From NCBI GenBank assembly GCA_001662655.1, contig KV460216.1: DNA of 64,000 nucleotides. One strand, 5' to 3'. The notes under the pieces are model-generated. The model had not been told where the DNA came from and made no database searches. It saw only the letters and a program-made list of their open reading frames with translations. Positions within the stretch are counted from its first letter, which is position 1. Each line of letters opens with the position of its first letter. Of this stretch, positions 1-10,519 are shown piece after piece. The stretch comes from Pseudogymnoascus verrucosus (Eukaryota). Position numbers and translations under genes: made by a program.

Positions 1-802
1 TGGTGCTTCAGCCGCATCCCAATATCTATTTATAGATACCACTAACAACTGACTTAACCGGATCTACCCTTACTATCAAGTGACTTCCTTGAGCGCTTAA
101 TTTGGAGGTACCTACCCATGTGGCGACGTTGTATGGCAAAACTCCGTAGTCACCATAAGGCTGAAAATGATTTGTTAGCATCGTGGTGAGGCTCGGAAAC
201 CTAGACCAAAGTGTTCTATGAGTTAAAAGACGCAAAGAGCTCGTGGTGATGCTACAGGTCGAGGGGTTCTATTATACTTCGAATTGACGCAACGCCCTCC
301 GCAATTAGGTGCGACGGCATACTTGTAAATTTCAATGTAGCTGGGGCTTGAACTATTCAAGAGTAGTCACATAACATGACTGACACAAAAATGCTGGAAT
401 TTTCAATGGATTCACAAATTTAGAATCAATTGAATTCAAAGTACTAATGGCTCGTCTTGAATCGTTAATTTGGCACAGCAAGTAATCGAAGATACAGGAT
501 GCGGCCATTCGATTCGAGAGGCCTGAGGCAGATTTGGTAAATCGACCAACCATCCCCCGTTTTCATGAAGCTGTCGTCGTGTTCAGTGGCTTGTAGACCC
601 CACGCCACAAAGGACGGGAAGCAAGAAGCCGTATTGTGCATAATTCTAAAAACAGTCTTTTATGCTAACGAGAAACTGAAGTCGGGAATTAGAGAATGAC
701 AAAACCCGATTCCAGGCATCAACTTTTTGGTTGCTAGCTCCGGAAAAACTGACGAAAAGCAGCGCCAGTTCTTCTTTTCCGTTACCCCGTTTCCGACAAC
801 AA

Positions 803-884
803 TCTTTGATGGTCTAACGGTCATGATTTCCGCTTGTCATGTGACAAAGCGCGGGAGACCGGGGTTCGACTCCCCGTCAGAGAG
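803..884 (+). tRNA. tRNA-Asp(GTC) with 10-nt intron (840-849)
   Basis: Acceptor stem TCTTTGA/TCAGAGA, D-arm TGGTCTAACGGTCA, anticodon GTC at 836-838, intron after A37 containing TGACAA (complementary to the anticodon loop), T-loop GGTTCGACTCC, T5 terminator at 918-922. Confidence 0.95.
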
Positions 885-1383
885 AATTTCCTCTCTGAGC
901 TCATGGCTCAGAATATATTTTTGCTTATTTTTTTGTTTTATCGCTGAAGCCATTCAGTTTTAAACCGTTATTTCAATACCTTTTTTGGAGCTGTGTCGAA
1001 GCTGCGAGGAGGGTAAACTGGTTAGCGTACACGAAGAGCAGGCGACTCTCTTCACGCTCAGAAAACAGGCTCCAGGGCATCATATCAGGGTCCTGCCAGG
1101 GAGAGAGTATTGAGGATAGCGCGCTTAGCCAAATTCCCCCCAGTTGACAGTGGTGAAACAGGTCTAAGATGGCCGTGGGGTGCTCTCCTACCAACTAATA
1201 CTACTATTTTCATATCTACAGCGTCGGAAAACTATCACTTCGTTCACATTAATCTGCGTCTATTATATACATCGCAAGATAATCTCTTCCTCTACACTTT
1301 ATATATCATCGCAACGCAGCGCCGCCCTGGCGACAAGGGACCATTCTATCTACGTCGCCTTTCGCGACGCGTCGATCAAAGTG

Positions 1384-2094
1384 ATGTCAACACTATCCAC
1401 TTTCCACCTCTTCCCCAGCCTCCCCGTCGAGATCCGCCTCAAAATCTGGTCTTTACTCCTCTCAATTCCTCGATCGGTAAGATGTACCCAAAACATCATA
1501 AGTCATGCCGCCCCTCGCGTTATCAAAGTCTGGGATACCGATACTCCATCCCCGCCTCTTCTCCACGTGAACCGCGAATCTCGGTACGAAGCCCTCGCCG
1601 TCTATGCACCATATTTCGCCACCCCTTCTAATCCACGACCCATATATCTCTCCCTCCCTCAAGACGTGGTCAGGTTCACGGATGGCCTCCTGCCTTATAT
1701 CCCCGATGGACCCCTGAATGAGATCCAGCATATGATTACGGATACGAAAGATTGTGCTTATTTTGGGTACTATCACATGGGCACTCTAAAGAGCATGAAG
1801 AGGCTGAGGGAGCTGGAGATATATGCAGAGAAGGGCCTAGTCTATGGAGGGGATGATACGGATCGGTTTATTAATTTGCTCGTGTCAGAATTTGAGGACG
1901 CGATGGAGGCTGATCCAGGGTGGGAATGTCCAAAAGTCAGGATTGTCGATGCGCAGACAGGAAAGGACTTGAGGTTTATTGAGGGTGGGGCAAAAATACC
2001 AGGATGGGTACCTGAGGAGTAAGTATTTTCCATGGAATTTGGGGATTATGCTGACTGAATTAGAATTGTCTATGTATATGATGATGAATATTAG
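1384..2094 (+). CDS. 2EXR-domain protein
   Basis: FHLFPSLPVEIRLKIW...PLLHVNRESRYEAL is the 2EXR signature. ATG at 1384. Probable terminal intron 2019-2063 (GTAAGT..CTGAC..TAG); the unspliced form stops at 2022. Confidence 0.8.
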
Positions 2095-2291
2095 ATGCTG
2101 GGTACGCGTATTTGCATTTGAATACGATTTATTCCCTTCTCATCCATCGCAGTAAGCAGTGTGTTTCACGGGCACAATTTCTCCTCGGTCACATATTCTA
2201 TTTGCATGCCAGTAGGTTTCATTTACTTGCGATTAGTGAGCTGGACATTGCCAGCATTGCTAGTCTTCTCATTCCTCCGATAGCTCTAAGC

Positions 2292-4040
2292 TCATAGCTC
2301 TGGAACAATCTCGGTCGCCGAGATGTACTGCGCGGCACCCGTGTACCTCCAGCGCTTGAAGTACGCGTTTCCACCAGCCGAACAGTCCAATCCAGTTCCA
2401 GCTCCATTGCAGGTGGCATAGGCACCCACCAGACTCCCTACAAAACTTCCCCTTCCACCACTCACAAGGCGCGCGGATGCCGTCCCAAGTATGATTCTGG
2501 CATTCGGGTTTGCAGCTGGCATAGCAGCGACGTTATAGTGGGTGGCATTTGCTGTCTGGATCTCCAGTCGAATTTGGCCGGAGCCCCAGCTTACTGGCAC
2601 GGGGATAATGGTTGGTTCGGGAGATTCGATTGTGCCAATGGTGCGGAAGCGGAGTGATAGCTGGGGCTTTGCATTGCCCTTGGAGGTTGATGCGTCTGGG
2701 GCGAGAAGCACGATTCCAAGGTCAATATGGTTGAATTGCGTAAGGAATAGTGTGACACCTGCCTCCTGTCCGACCACCCGAGGGCTGAATGATACATCAG
2801 TAGTGAAGGTGAACAGAGTGTCTGTCTGACGGCGGCCGATAAATGCCAACCCCTTCTGGCCAGTGAGCTCGGGTGTTACCAAAGACTCTGGCGTTCCTGT
2901 CAAGTTGTTTCGGCTAGGCACAATCTGCAGACCCTTGGCTGTCACTGAGATTGCATTGGCTCGTGGCACACGCCAGTACACTAGGTTTCGTGGTATGGCT
3001 TTCCCCAGGGGGAAGTCGTACACATCTGGATCGGCGTTGAATGGTCCGTCTCCTGGTACGTCACGGCTAGTTGGCGGCAATGGCCATCCACTCATTTCGC
3101 CTCGCACTGGGTCTAGTACTGGCCACTCGCCCTTATCCCATCTTGCTGAGAAGAGCACAGCTTCACGGCCCATGGGGAACACCTCAAACTCTGGCCCAGT
3201 GCGGGTCGCGAGACACATTCCCCACCACTTCCCATTAGTATCTTGAAACAGATCACCATGTCCAACAGTCTGGAAGTATTCATCGGTACCACGGTTCGTC
3301 AGAATTGGGTTACTGGGATTGGCCTCATAAGGGCCGGTAATCTTGCGAGATCTTGCAATTGTGATGGAATGATCCCGTTCAGTCCCTCCTTCGGCAATCA
3401 ATAAGTAGTACCAGCCATCTTTCTTGTGAATATGCGGGCCTTCGGGCCAGACGCCTCCAGTGCCATTCCAGATATTGATCGGAGGTTGGCTGAGCTCGCC
3501 AGTCTCGAGGTTGAGCTCTTGGAGTAGAATGCCATGCGTGGCAGAATATACCTTGCCGTCATCGTCCCAGAACAGATCTGGATCGATATTTGTGGGCTTG
3601 AATGTTACTGGGTCGCTCCAGGATTTCTCATTAAACGGATCCCTTGTTTTGAATACGACGCCGATGATGCCATCTGGTAAACCGAGATACTCGCAGATCA
3701 CATAGAATTCCCCATTGCGGTAGCGTATTGTTGGCGCATACATGCCGTCTTGTTGACCAACAGTGCTTGCGCTGACGCCCGGGAGTTGGCTTTCCCGGTT
3801 CCACACATGGCTTACGAGTTTCCAGTTGATTAAATCTTTTGAGGCATAGATGGGAATTCCTGGAAAGGAAATGAATGTGGAGATCGCACAGAAGAATGTC
3901 CCCTTGACTTGGATACACGAGGGGTCAGAGTGCCATCCTGGTAAGACTGGATTATAGAATGTAGAGTTTCCCAGGCTTGCCAATGGCGAAGCTATGGCAC
4001 CAGCGAGTAGGGCCAGAGGTAAGCCAAATGAGAGCTTCAT
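2292..4040 (-). CDS. Secreted GH43 beta-xylosidase/alpha-L-arabinofuranosidase with C-terminal beta-sandwich domain
   Basis: Signal peptide; NPVLPGWHSDPS, IDPDLFWDDDG and WPEGPH motifs carry the three GH43 acidic residues; single 582-aa ORF. Confidence 0.93.
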   Translation of the reverse strand: MKLSFGLPLALLAGAIASPLASLGNSTFYNPVLPGWHSDPSCIQVKGTFFCAISTFISFPGIPIYASKDLINWKLVSHVWNRESQLPGVSASTVGQQDGMYAPTIRYRNGEFYVICEYLGLPDGIIGVVFKTRDPFNEKSWSDPVTFKPTNIDPDLFWDDDGKVYSATHGILLQELNLETGELSQPPINIWNGTGGVWPEGPHIHKKDGWYYLLIAEGGTERDHSITIARSRKITGPYEANPSNPILTNRGTDEYFQTVGHGDLFQDTNGKWWGMCLATRTGPEFEVFPMGREAVLFSARWDKGEWPVLDPVRGEMSGWPLPPTSRDVPGDGPFNADPDVYDFPLGKAIPRNLVYWRVPRANAISVTAKGLQIVPSRNNLTGTPESLVTPELTGQKGLAFIGRRQTDTLFTFTTDVSFSPRVVGQEAGVTLFLTQFNHIDLGIVLLAPDASTSKGNAKPQLSLRFRTIGTIESPEPTIIPVPVSWGSGQIRLEIQTANATHYNVAAMPAANPNARIILGTASARLVSGGRGSFVGSLVGAYATCNGAGTGLDCSAGGNAYFKRWRYTGAAQYISATEIVPEL

Positions 4041-4127
4041 TATGAACTGCGTTTTGAGTCTTCAATTGTGGCGGACAGAATCAGTCTGGCTCAAACAATA
4101 ACGGCACTCGAATGAGCTTATGTTCTT

Positions 4128-4423
4128 CCCCAGTGCGGGGTAAGCCACCAGATATTAACTACGATAGCTTCCATCTGAATAATCTATGGTGCATATTTAT
4201 CAAGAGTTGGGGCTAGAAGCTACTAAATAAATACGACTGCGTTCGCGTCGTAGTAGGAGGAAAATTGTGTCTCCGTGAGACTATTCGCTTTCGTGAGTGC
4301 TCCGAGTATTCTTTAGGCTAAATTTCGGAGATCTTCCTGGGGCACTGCTCCCCCCCAGTATGTTGCTAGGCTCTATATGATGAAGTGTTGAAGATCAGCA
4401 AGACCGTTGCGATATATTTAGCC
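4128..4423. promoter_or_regulatory. Putative XlnR (GGCTAR) and CreA (SYGGRG) sites upstream of the GH43 gene
   Basis: GGCTAGA 4211-4217, GGCTAAA 4316-4322, TTTAGCC 4417-4423; CCCCAG 4128-4133 and GCGGGG 4135-4140. Short motifs, but in the expected context. Confidence 0.5.
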
Positions 4424-5600
4424 TAAATTCGTGATGAGGATCTGTGTGTCGTCTTTAATTGGCCTATCAACGCAACCATGAACTCCTCTCAATTTGTGTT
4501 AATGTCTTTGAGTAACTGTATGCAGGAGCATATACTGTGGAGAACTTCCTCCTTCAAGATTCGCCATTATATTACGTGGTTCCGTCAATCCTTGGAGTCT
4601 TTCGATGCCGTGGGTGTGATACGACATGTCTAGTAGGATTTGCTGTACATTAGATATCTAATGCCACTTTTTGTTATGGCCAACGTCCCTCAATCTGATT
4701 CACCTATAAATGACCAAAAATCGGCGTAGTCACTTGCATGTTTTAAAAATGACTTATTCACGCTTAATATTTCCTTACAGGGAGGAGCCCCCTGCATCTG
4801 GTCCGGCGAGATGCATCTCATAATGTGCCCTTCCAGACCGCGTTGTCTCAGCGCCACAACCAACGGCGATTACCAGATATCGATATACAGATGCAAATAA
4901 TATTTAATTAAAACAAACATATCAGATATTTTTATATGCGTATATTTCATTAGTGCGGGGCCTATAAATTTGATAACATCCGTTCTCATACTGCGGGATG
5001 CTGTGCTATGTATAAAATCTAAGACATAAAAGGTCATTCCATACCTGTGAGCTAGTAACACAAAGTCCCTTACTGCTTGTCCCTTGATGCTTGTATGTGG
5101 ATTCCATTCCTGTGGATGCACACGAATAAGACATTTTCTAGAAAACCTACTTGGCATGCCAATTAACAAATGTATTGTTGCTAGATGGACCGAATGATAT
5201 ATTCTCTGTTTTAATCCGTAGCACAATAGATTTGCTCTCTCCGGTAGTTGTATTTCGGTCTTACCAGTATGCAACAATGCAATGTTAGAATGAGGGATCG
5301 GGCATTAGAACTGGCGGCAATGGGCGTCTCTAACAATATTGGCCATGGATTGATTGCCTTGCATTCGATTCTCACCGTGAGTCAGGTGGCAGGCTGCCTT
5401 GTGCCGTGTCGTCGAGACAAGCAAGACATAACTCTCAATTTCCCAACTCTTCACTTAATAATTCCCATCTCAGCCGTCCTTCTCTCTCATCATATTCCGT
5501 ATTTTTTTTCGTGCTCCATATCATACTCACAAAACTCAGTATTGATTACTTATTGATATCAAACCCCCCAAAAGATCTCTCAACATTCTAATACGCAATA

Positions 5601-6928
5601 ATGGGGCAAACACAATCTAGATTGGGCTTCAATACCAGTTCTAGCAACTATGGTAAAGTTACGGAGCAAACTCTTGCGTCAGCGGATATCGATGTCAAAA
5701 CACAGGTCACTACTCCCGGCAAAGACTCATGGTACTATCCAGTCGACATCGAGAACGATCTTCAAGACGTCGATCTCCCGCCAGATGCCAAGGCCGAGGT
5801 CTTAAACACTGCATGGGAGTATGTTCGGTGCTCGGCACCACAATACACCAACTGGGAGCGATATGTTGCCTTCATGCGAACCATAACGATATGTACTATC
5901 GCCGAGTTTAAGGGGAAACTTGTGGACGTGTCTGCTAGTGACAACATCATGGGCTATGACGTGGGTGCCACTCTCGCTACCCTTTTCAAAGGCACTCCGG
6001 GGCATGCAGACATGGCTCGAGAGTATCGTGCCTTTCTCCTGCTCACAGCCGATAAATCCAGCTCCAGGCGTGATGGTGAGCTATTCCGGCGTTATGTGAA
6101 CGCACTCGCGCAGTCCCCAAGGCACTGGTAAGTCAAAAGACAATATATTCCACGGACAATTTCTCTGAGTAGGCGTAGCAGTGCTGACTTTTGCAACGAC
6201 ATAGGTTCCGCATGCGTGATTGCGACGCATTGGTGAGGTACACCATAGGCTGCGCGTTGGTGTCCAATGACCATGACGATGTTTGGTTTACCGACGAGCA
6301 GTTCGAAATTCTGAGCGAGATCTACATCACGCTCTACGATGCCGTGGCATTTTTCAAGCATCGCTCGGAGGGGGAGACGCACAACACTTTTGCCTACATG
6401 CCCGAACATCTCCGTGTTAAAGCCTACCAACAGTCCCGTCAGATTCTCTGGGGTTTGGATACGGCCTGGGCTCACCATCATGGGCGTCAGATTGCCATCA
6501 ACTTTATACGCCTCACATCCGGGCCCACCCACATAATGATGCGGCGGTACCGCTTCGTCGAAGAGAATCTGACCATTGGCAAACGCGAGACCGACGAAGT
6601 CATTGGCCACGCACGTACGAATGCTAAGCTTTGGAATCGCATTGACGGCACCAATAGGGGTGTTAATGACACGCAGCGCTATAAGGACCTCCTTGCCCAG
6701 AGCGACGACCTGATGTTCCCTGAACTGGCCGGCTTCCTCGAGAGCGGTGGGGATGGTAGCTGCAAGGACTGCCGCTACCGTGCTTCCTATGGTGCTGAGA
6801 CGCCACATGAATTTGGGGGCGTCAAACTATGTGGCGGCTGCAAAGAGACGTGGCAGGAGTATATGGAGTCATTGCCAGAGCGTGCAAAGAAAGTCTTTCC
6901 TGAGATTGCATCAGTTAAAGCTCGTTGA
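5601..6928 (+). CDS. aba3: ABA3-family non-canonical sesquiterpene cyclase (alpha-ionylideneethane synthase-like)
   Basis: Exons 5601-6127 and 6205-6928. WYYPxDIxNDL, AWEYxRC, ELFRRYVNALAQSPRHWFRMRDCDAL, KHRSEGET, MMRRYRFVEENLTIGK and CxxC...CxxC match Botrytis BcABA3 as recalled. Confidence 0.9.
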
Positions 6929-7085
6929 ATACACACGCCACAAAATTGAATTCAACGCGTGGGGAAACATTAGCAGTAATCATTTTATTAGATTTCAATA
7001 TAAAGTGGGCGTTGTTAGAAAATATGCTATATATAGACTGCAATTGTACAATATATAGATCGTATGGTGTGTACCCGTCTTCAGG

Positions 7086-8561
7086 TTAAGTGAATTTCCA
7101 ACCTCCGGTCTTGCTGGAAAAAAATCCCTCGGGGTCATACTTGGCCTTTGCTATCTTCAAGGTTTCGTACCCTCCATAAGTCTCAAGTGGATTCTGGTCA
7201 AAGCTCGCATCGTTAATAAACAACGGTAGTCCCTTAGCATTAGGAATTGCCTCCACCATCGCCTTGAAGCTGGCTTGAATTCGCTTGTAGTTGGCAGCCG
7301 TGGTAAGAGGCGGGAGAGTGATCAGATAGTTAATCCACATCCACGGCCCTTCAGGCATTTGCATGGCATTTCCACCCTCGTAAGCGTTCGATGCATCGGT
7401 GAGTGACTTAGCAACAGGCTGGAAGTCGAGAGATATGAGAAAATAATCCCCCTTGTGGCTCTCGGCCCAGGCGTTCCAGTTGGCGTACACATCATGGACA
7501 GCAGTGCCATGAACACGTTGAACCGCGACCCGGAATGTGTTGGCACCTCGGGAAAGCTCCCCTGACATAGGAGCCGGCATGTTGGTCACCTCTGGGTAGG
7601 TCTTGATTGACATGGTGTTGAGGAACGAAGGGATGCTAGTAAAGTTCTGGAAGGCATCTCCTGCGTCCGGACCATCGTAGACGAGGAAGATGATAATAAA
7701 TTCATCAAGGTTAAGGGTGAGATCTGGTGTGGGGAGCTTTTCGTATGTTCCAATAATGGATGCCTTGGGGTCCGTGTTGTAAGCGGCGAAGTTGTTGATA
7801 GCATCGAGAACATCCAGAGTTTGTTCGAAGAGGTAAAAAATGTTTCCAGCGAAGAACTGACCGGCTGGGCGCGATTGAACCGTGTACTTGGTGACAACGC
7901 CGTAAGCGTTGCCTCCTCCCCCACGCGAAGCAAAGAAGAGGTCGGGGTTGGACTCTGGGGAGGCAGTAACTATTTCTCCGCTTGGCAGAACAATCTCAAG
8001 AGAGCGGAAGGAATCGCAAGCCATGCCATACTGGGGCGAGATAAAGGACAAGCCACCTGATAGTGCGAGACCAGTGCCGACGCCAGCCAGACGGGCGCCG
8101 ACAACTGTGCGTCCAAGGGGTGCGTAGAACTCGTAGAGGTCGCCAAACTTGTTTCCAGGCTCATAAGTTGCGAGAGTAGTCTCGGCGTCGTATGATTTGC
8201 CATTCATCTTTTTGAGGTCAATCAAGACCCCTTGGTCAACGGATGAGAAGAAATCATTCGGGTTATGACCACCGGCTTTGATGGCAAACCGAGAGCCCGT
8301 CGTCCGAATAACCTTGATGGCGGTGGAGATGTCTTGGGCGGAAGTTGGGTAGAAGATACACGACGGGGTATAACTGCTTTGGCGAGAATTCCAGTATGTG
8401 TACCGACTGCTTATAAAATCAGGGTGAAGTATACTGTTGATGACTTCTACATTCGATAGAGAAGACTTCAAGGTAGCACAGGCTGCGGGACCAACCAGTG
8501 CCTGCCCAGTTACGAGCGTTGACAAAAAGGCGACGCCATAAAGGAGGCCAATGGGCGACAT
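7086..8561 (-). CDS. Secreted FAD-linked oxidoreductase (BBE/VAO family, AA7-like)
   Basis: Signal peptide; FAIKAGGHN covalent-FAD His motif; GGGGNAYGVVTK; C-terminal KAKYDPEGFF. Confidence 0.9.
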   Translation of the reverse strand: MSPIGLLYGVAFLSTLVTGQALVGPAACATLKSSLSNVEVINSILHPDFISSRYTYWNSRQSSYTPSCIFYPTSAQDISTAIKVIRTTGSRFAIKAGGHNPNDFFSSVDQGVLIDLKKMNGKSYDAETTLATYEPGNKFGDLYEFYAPLGRTVVGARLAGVGTGLALSGGLSFISPQYGMACDSFRSLEIVLPSGEIVTASPESNPDLFFASRGGGGNAYGVVTKYTVQSRPAGQFFAGNIFYLFEQTLDVLDAINNFAAYNTDPKASIIGTYEKLPTPDLTLNLDEFIIIFLVYDGPDAGDAFQNFTSIPSFLNTMSIKTYPEVTNMPAPMSGELSRGANTFRVAVQRVHGTAVHDVYANWNAWAESHKGDYFLISLDFQPVAKSLTDASNAYEGGNAMQMPEGPWMWINYLITLPPLTTAANYKRIQASFKAMVEAIPNAKGLPLFINDASFDQNPLETYGGYETLKIAKAKYDPEGFFSSKTGGWKFT

Positions 8562-9549
8562 GGTCAGCAGTGTTTGTCTTAGGATGAGTTCAAGTATGTG
8601 GTTTTGCGTGTAAGCATTTCCTACTTATCAGACAAATACAGCAAGTCTAAAGAGGACCGTGAGGGCAGTATTTATATCTCATGTCAGCGCATCACAATGA
8701 TCGTCTTCCATTTAAATAACGCTTTCAGGGGCTTACCGAGGCGGTGATAAGCTTACTACGGTACTAGACAAGCAGGGCCAGATGCAGAAATGCCGACGCT
8801 AGAACAGGGTACCCCACTGCAAATCCACACTCTAATGGGTTACCCCACAAGCAACTCGACCCTGATTGCAACCCCGCATAGACATAAACGTGGGGTTGTC
8901 TCGCATGTGATGCTCATAAAATATCAAAAATCCCCTTCGGGGCTTGTTAAAGTTCAATTGTTGTGATAGAAACGGGAACAGAATATGATAACTTGAGACA
9001 AAGTCTGGAGACGGAGAAAGCTTCGTTGTAGAGCGAGCTAGGAAGCGTGTGTTCACAATTGCGTGTTTTGTGGGAATAAACGCTTCTTTAACATTTAGCT
9101 GCTCCAATATTTAGCATGTAGCCTTTTACTAGCACATGCTAGTGATACTAAGGATTCGAACACGAAATGTCAACATGCGAATGCGAACGCGAGTACGAAC
9201 GCGACAAGGAAACAATTGACGACCTCGCAAGGCTATATACTAAGGCCAAATGTGGATATTTCTAGCTTGTGAAAAATATGCTGAGTCAGCTACTGCCCAA
9301 TTCAGTTTATTTAGCCTATCTCAGTAATGTGCGCTGCCGGCCACGGAGCTGTGGCTTATTTGCCGCCATCAATGCGAAACGCGGAGAGTCCAGACGCCGC
9401 GAAAAATTAATAAATATCTGATAGTGGTCGTCATATGACACATTTATTGTTCCTCAAAAGCAGGCCATTTCCCGTTAGAAATGGATTTCTTTCAATGTTC
9501 TCTGCTCGTTGTGTATGTAAAATCCGAGTAAGCCAGAATTCTAATCAAG

Positions 9550-10151
9550 ATGCGCTCATTCACTTTCCTCGCCGCTGCGTCGCTCGCCGCCTCGGCCGCC
9601 GCTGTGCCGCTGGACGTCTCCAATGATATCGCGGAGAGGCAAACAAAACCCTACCAAATCCGTGGTGTTCAGGACCCGATATATCATCTCTACCTCCAAT
9701 CTCTACCGGGCGATGGCACACCTGTCATGGGCCCTGAGGCAACGTCTGAATACTTCACAATCGGCAATACCATCCAGAGCACAAATACGTCTCTGTATTT
9801 GAATATTGGCGAGGCAAGCACCTCTTATCTCCCGCTGACATTTGACGCCACGGCCACCACGACGGCTTGGGGACTCGAGGGGGATACTATTATTACCACG
9901 AATGGAAGCCCATATGGACGCCGTAAGTGTTATCCTCATTTATTAGGTCCATCACAGGGGGCGAGTATCAGAAAATGCCGGATCCCGCAAAGAGTCCACA
10001 GACTGACTGGGAGCCATTAGAATTAAACTTCCTTGTCTGCAATGGCGCTACAGCGGGCTATTATGACCTGTTTTTGCAGAAGGGAAGTGATACGCCCGCA
10101 GGGAAGACGTGCAGCAATTACCAGACAATCCATTTGCCATGTTTATGTTAA
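9550..10151 (+). CDS. Small secreted protein of unknown function
   Basis: Signal peptide plus pro-region; intron 9923-10020 joins ...PYGR to QLNFLVC...; four Cys in the last exon. Confidence 0.75.
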
Positions 10152-10519
10152 GCTGAAGAAATCGACAGTGCAGGTAAGGAAATGGGGACAGTGTGGGGAT
10201 GCTCAAGTCGCTAGGAGCGATATGAATGGCATGCAGTGAGATGACACTGAAATCTTACCTGCTGTACATACTTCAGTTCTTACAAATATTTGACAAAACA
10301 TTGCACGAAACACAGTGGATGAATATGCGAGCTTCACGAGACCAGGGATCTGATAAATCGCTCGCGCTTGCCAGATTCTTCAATGGCAACACCATAATCT
10401 GATTGAAGTGACTGGAAAAAGATTCGGTATTATTATTATAATCGGGATTGTATAGTACAAAATATAACAACCTCTACGTGCATTATGCTCCTATTACAGC
10501 CTTTGCCTACCGAGGCGGA

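Noticed and set aside
1..560. Short minus-strand ORFs and one exon-like segment (PYGDYGVLPYNVATW)
   Set aside because: Could not build a coherent gene model or recognise a family; may belong to a gene continuing outside the window.
4870..5277. AT-rich stretch and 135-aa ORF upstream of aba3
   Set aside because: No domain, TIR or TSD recognised; treated as intergenic.
5601..8561. aba3 plus FAD oxidase as an abscisic-acid cluster
   Set aside because: The required P450s and SDR are absent here, and the oxidase has a secretion signal; adjacency alone is insufficient.
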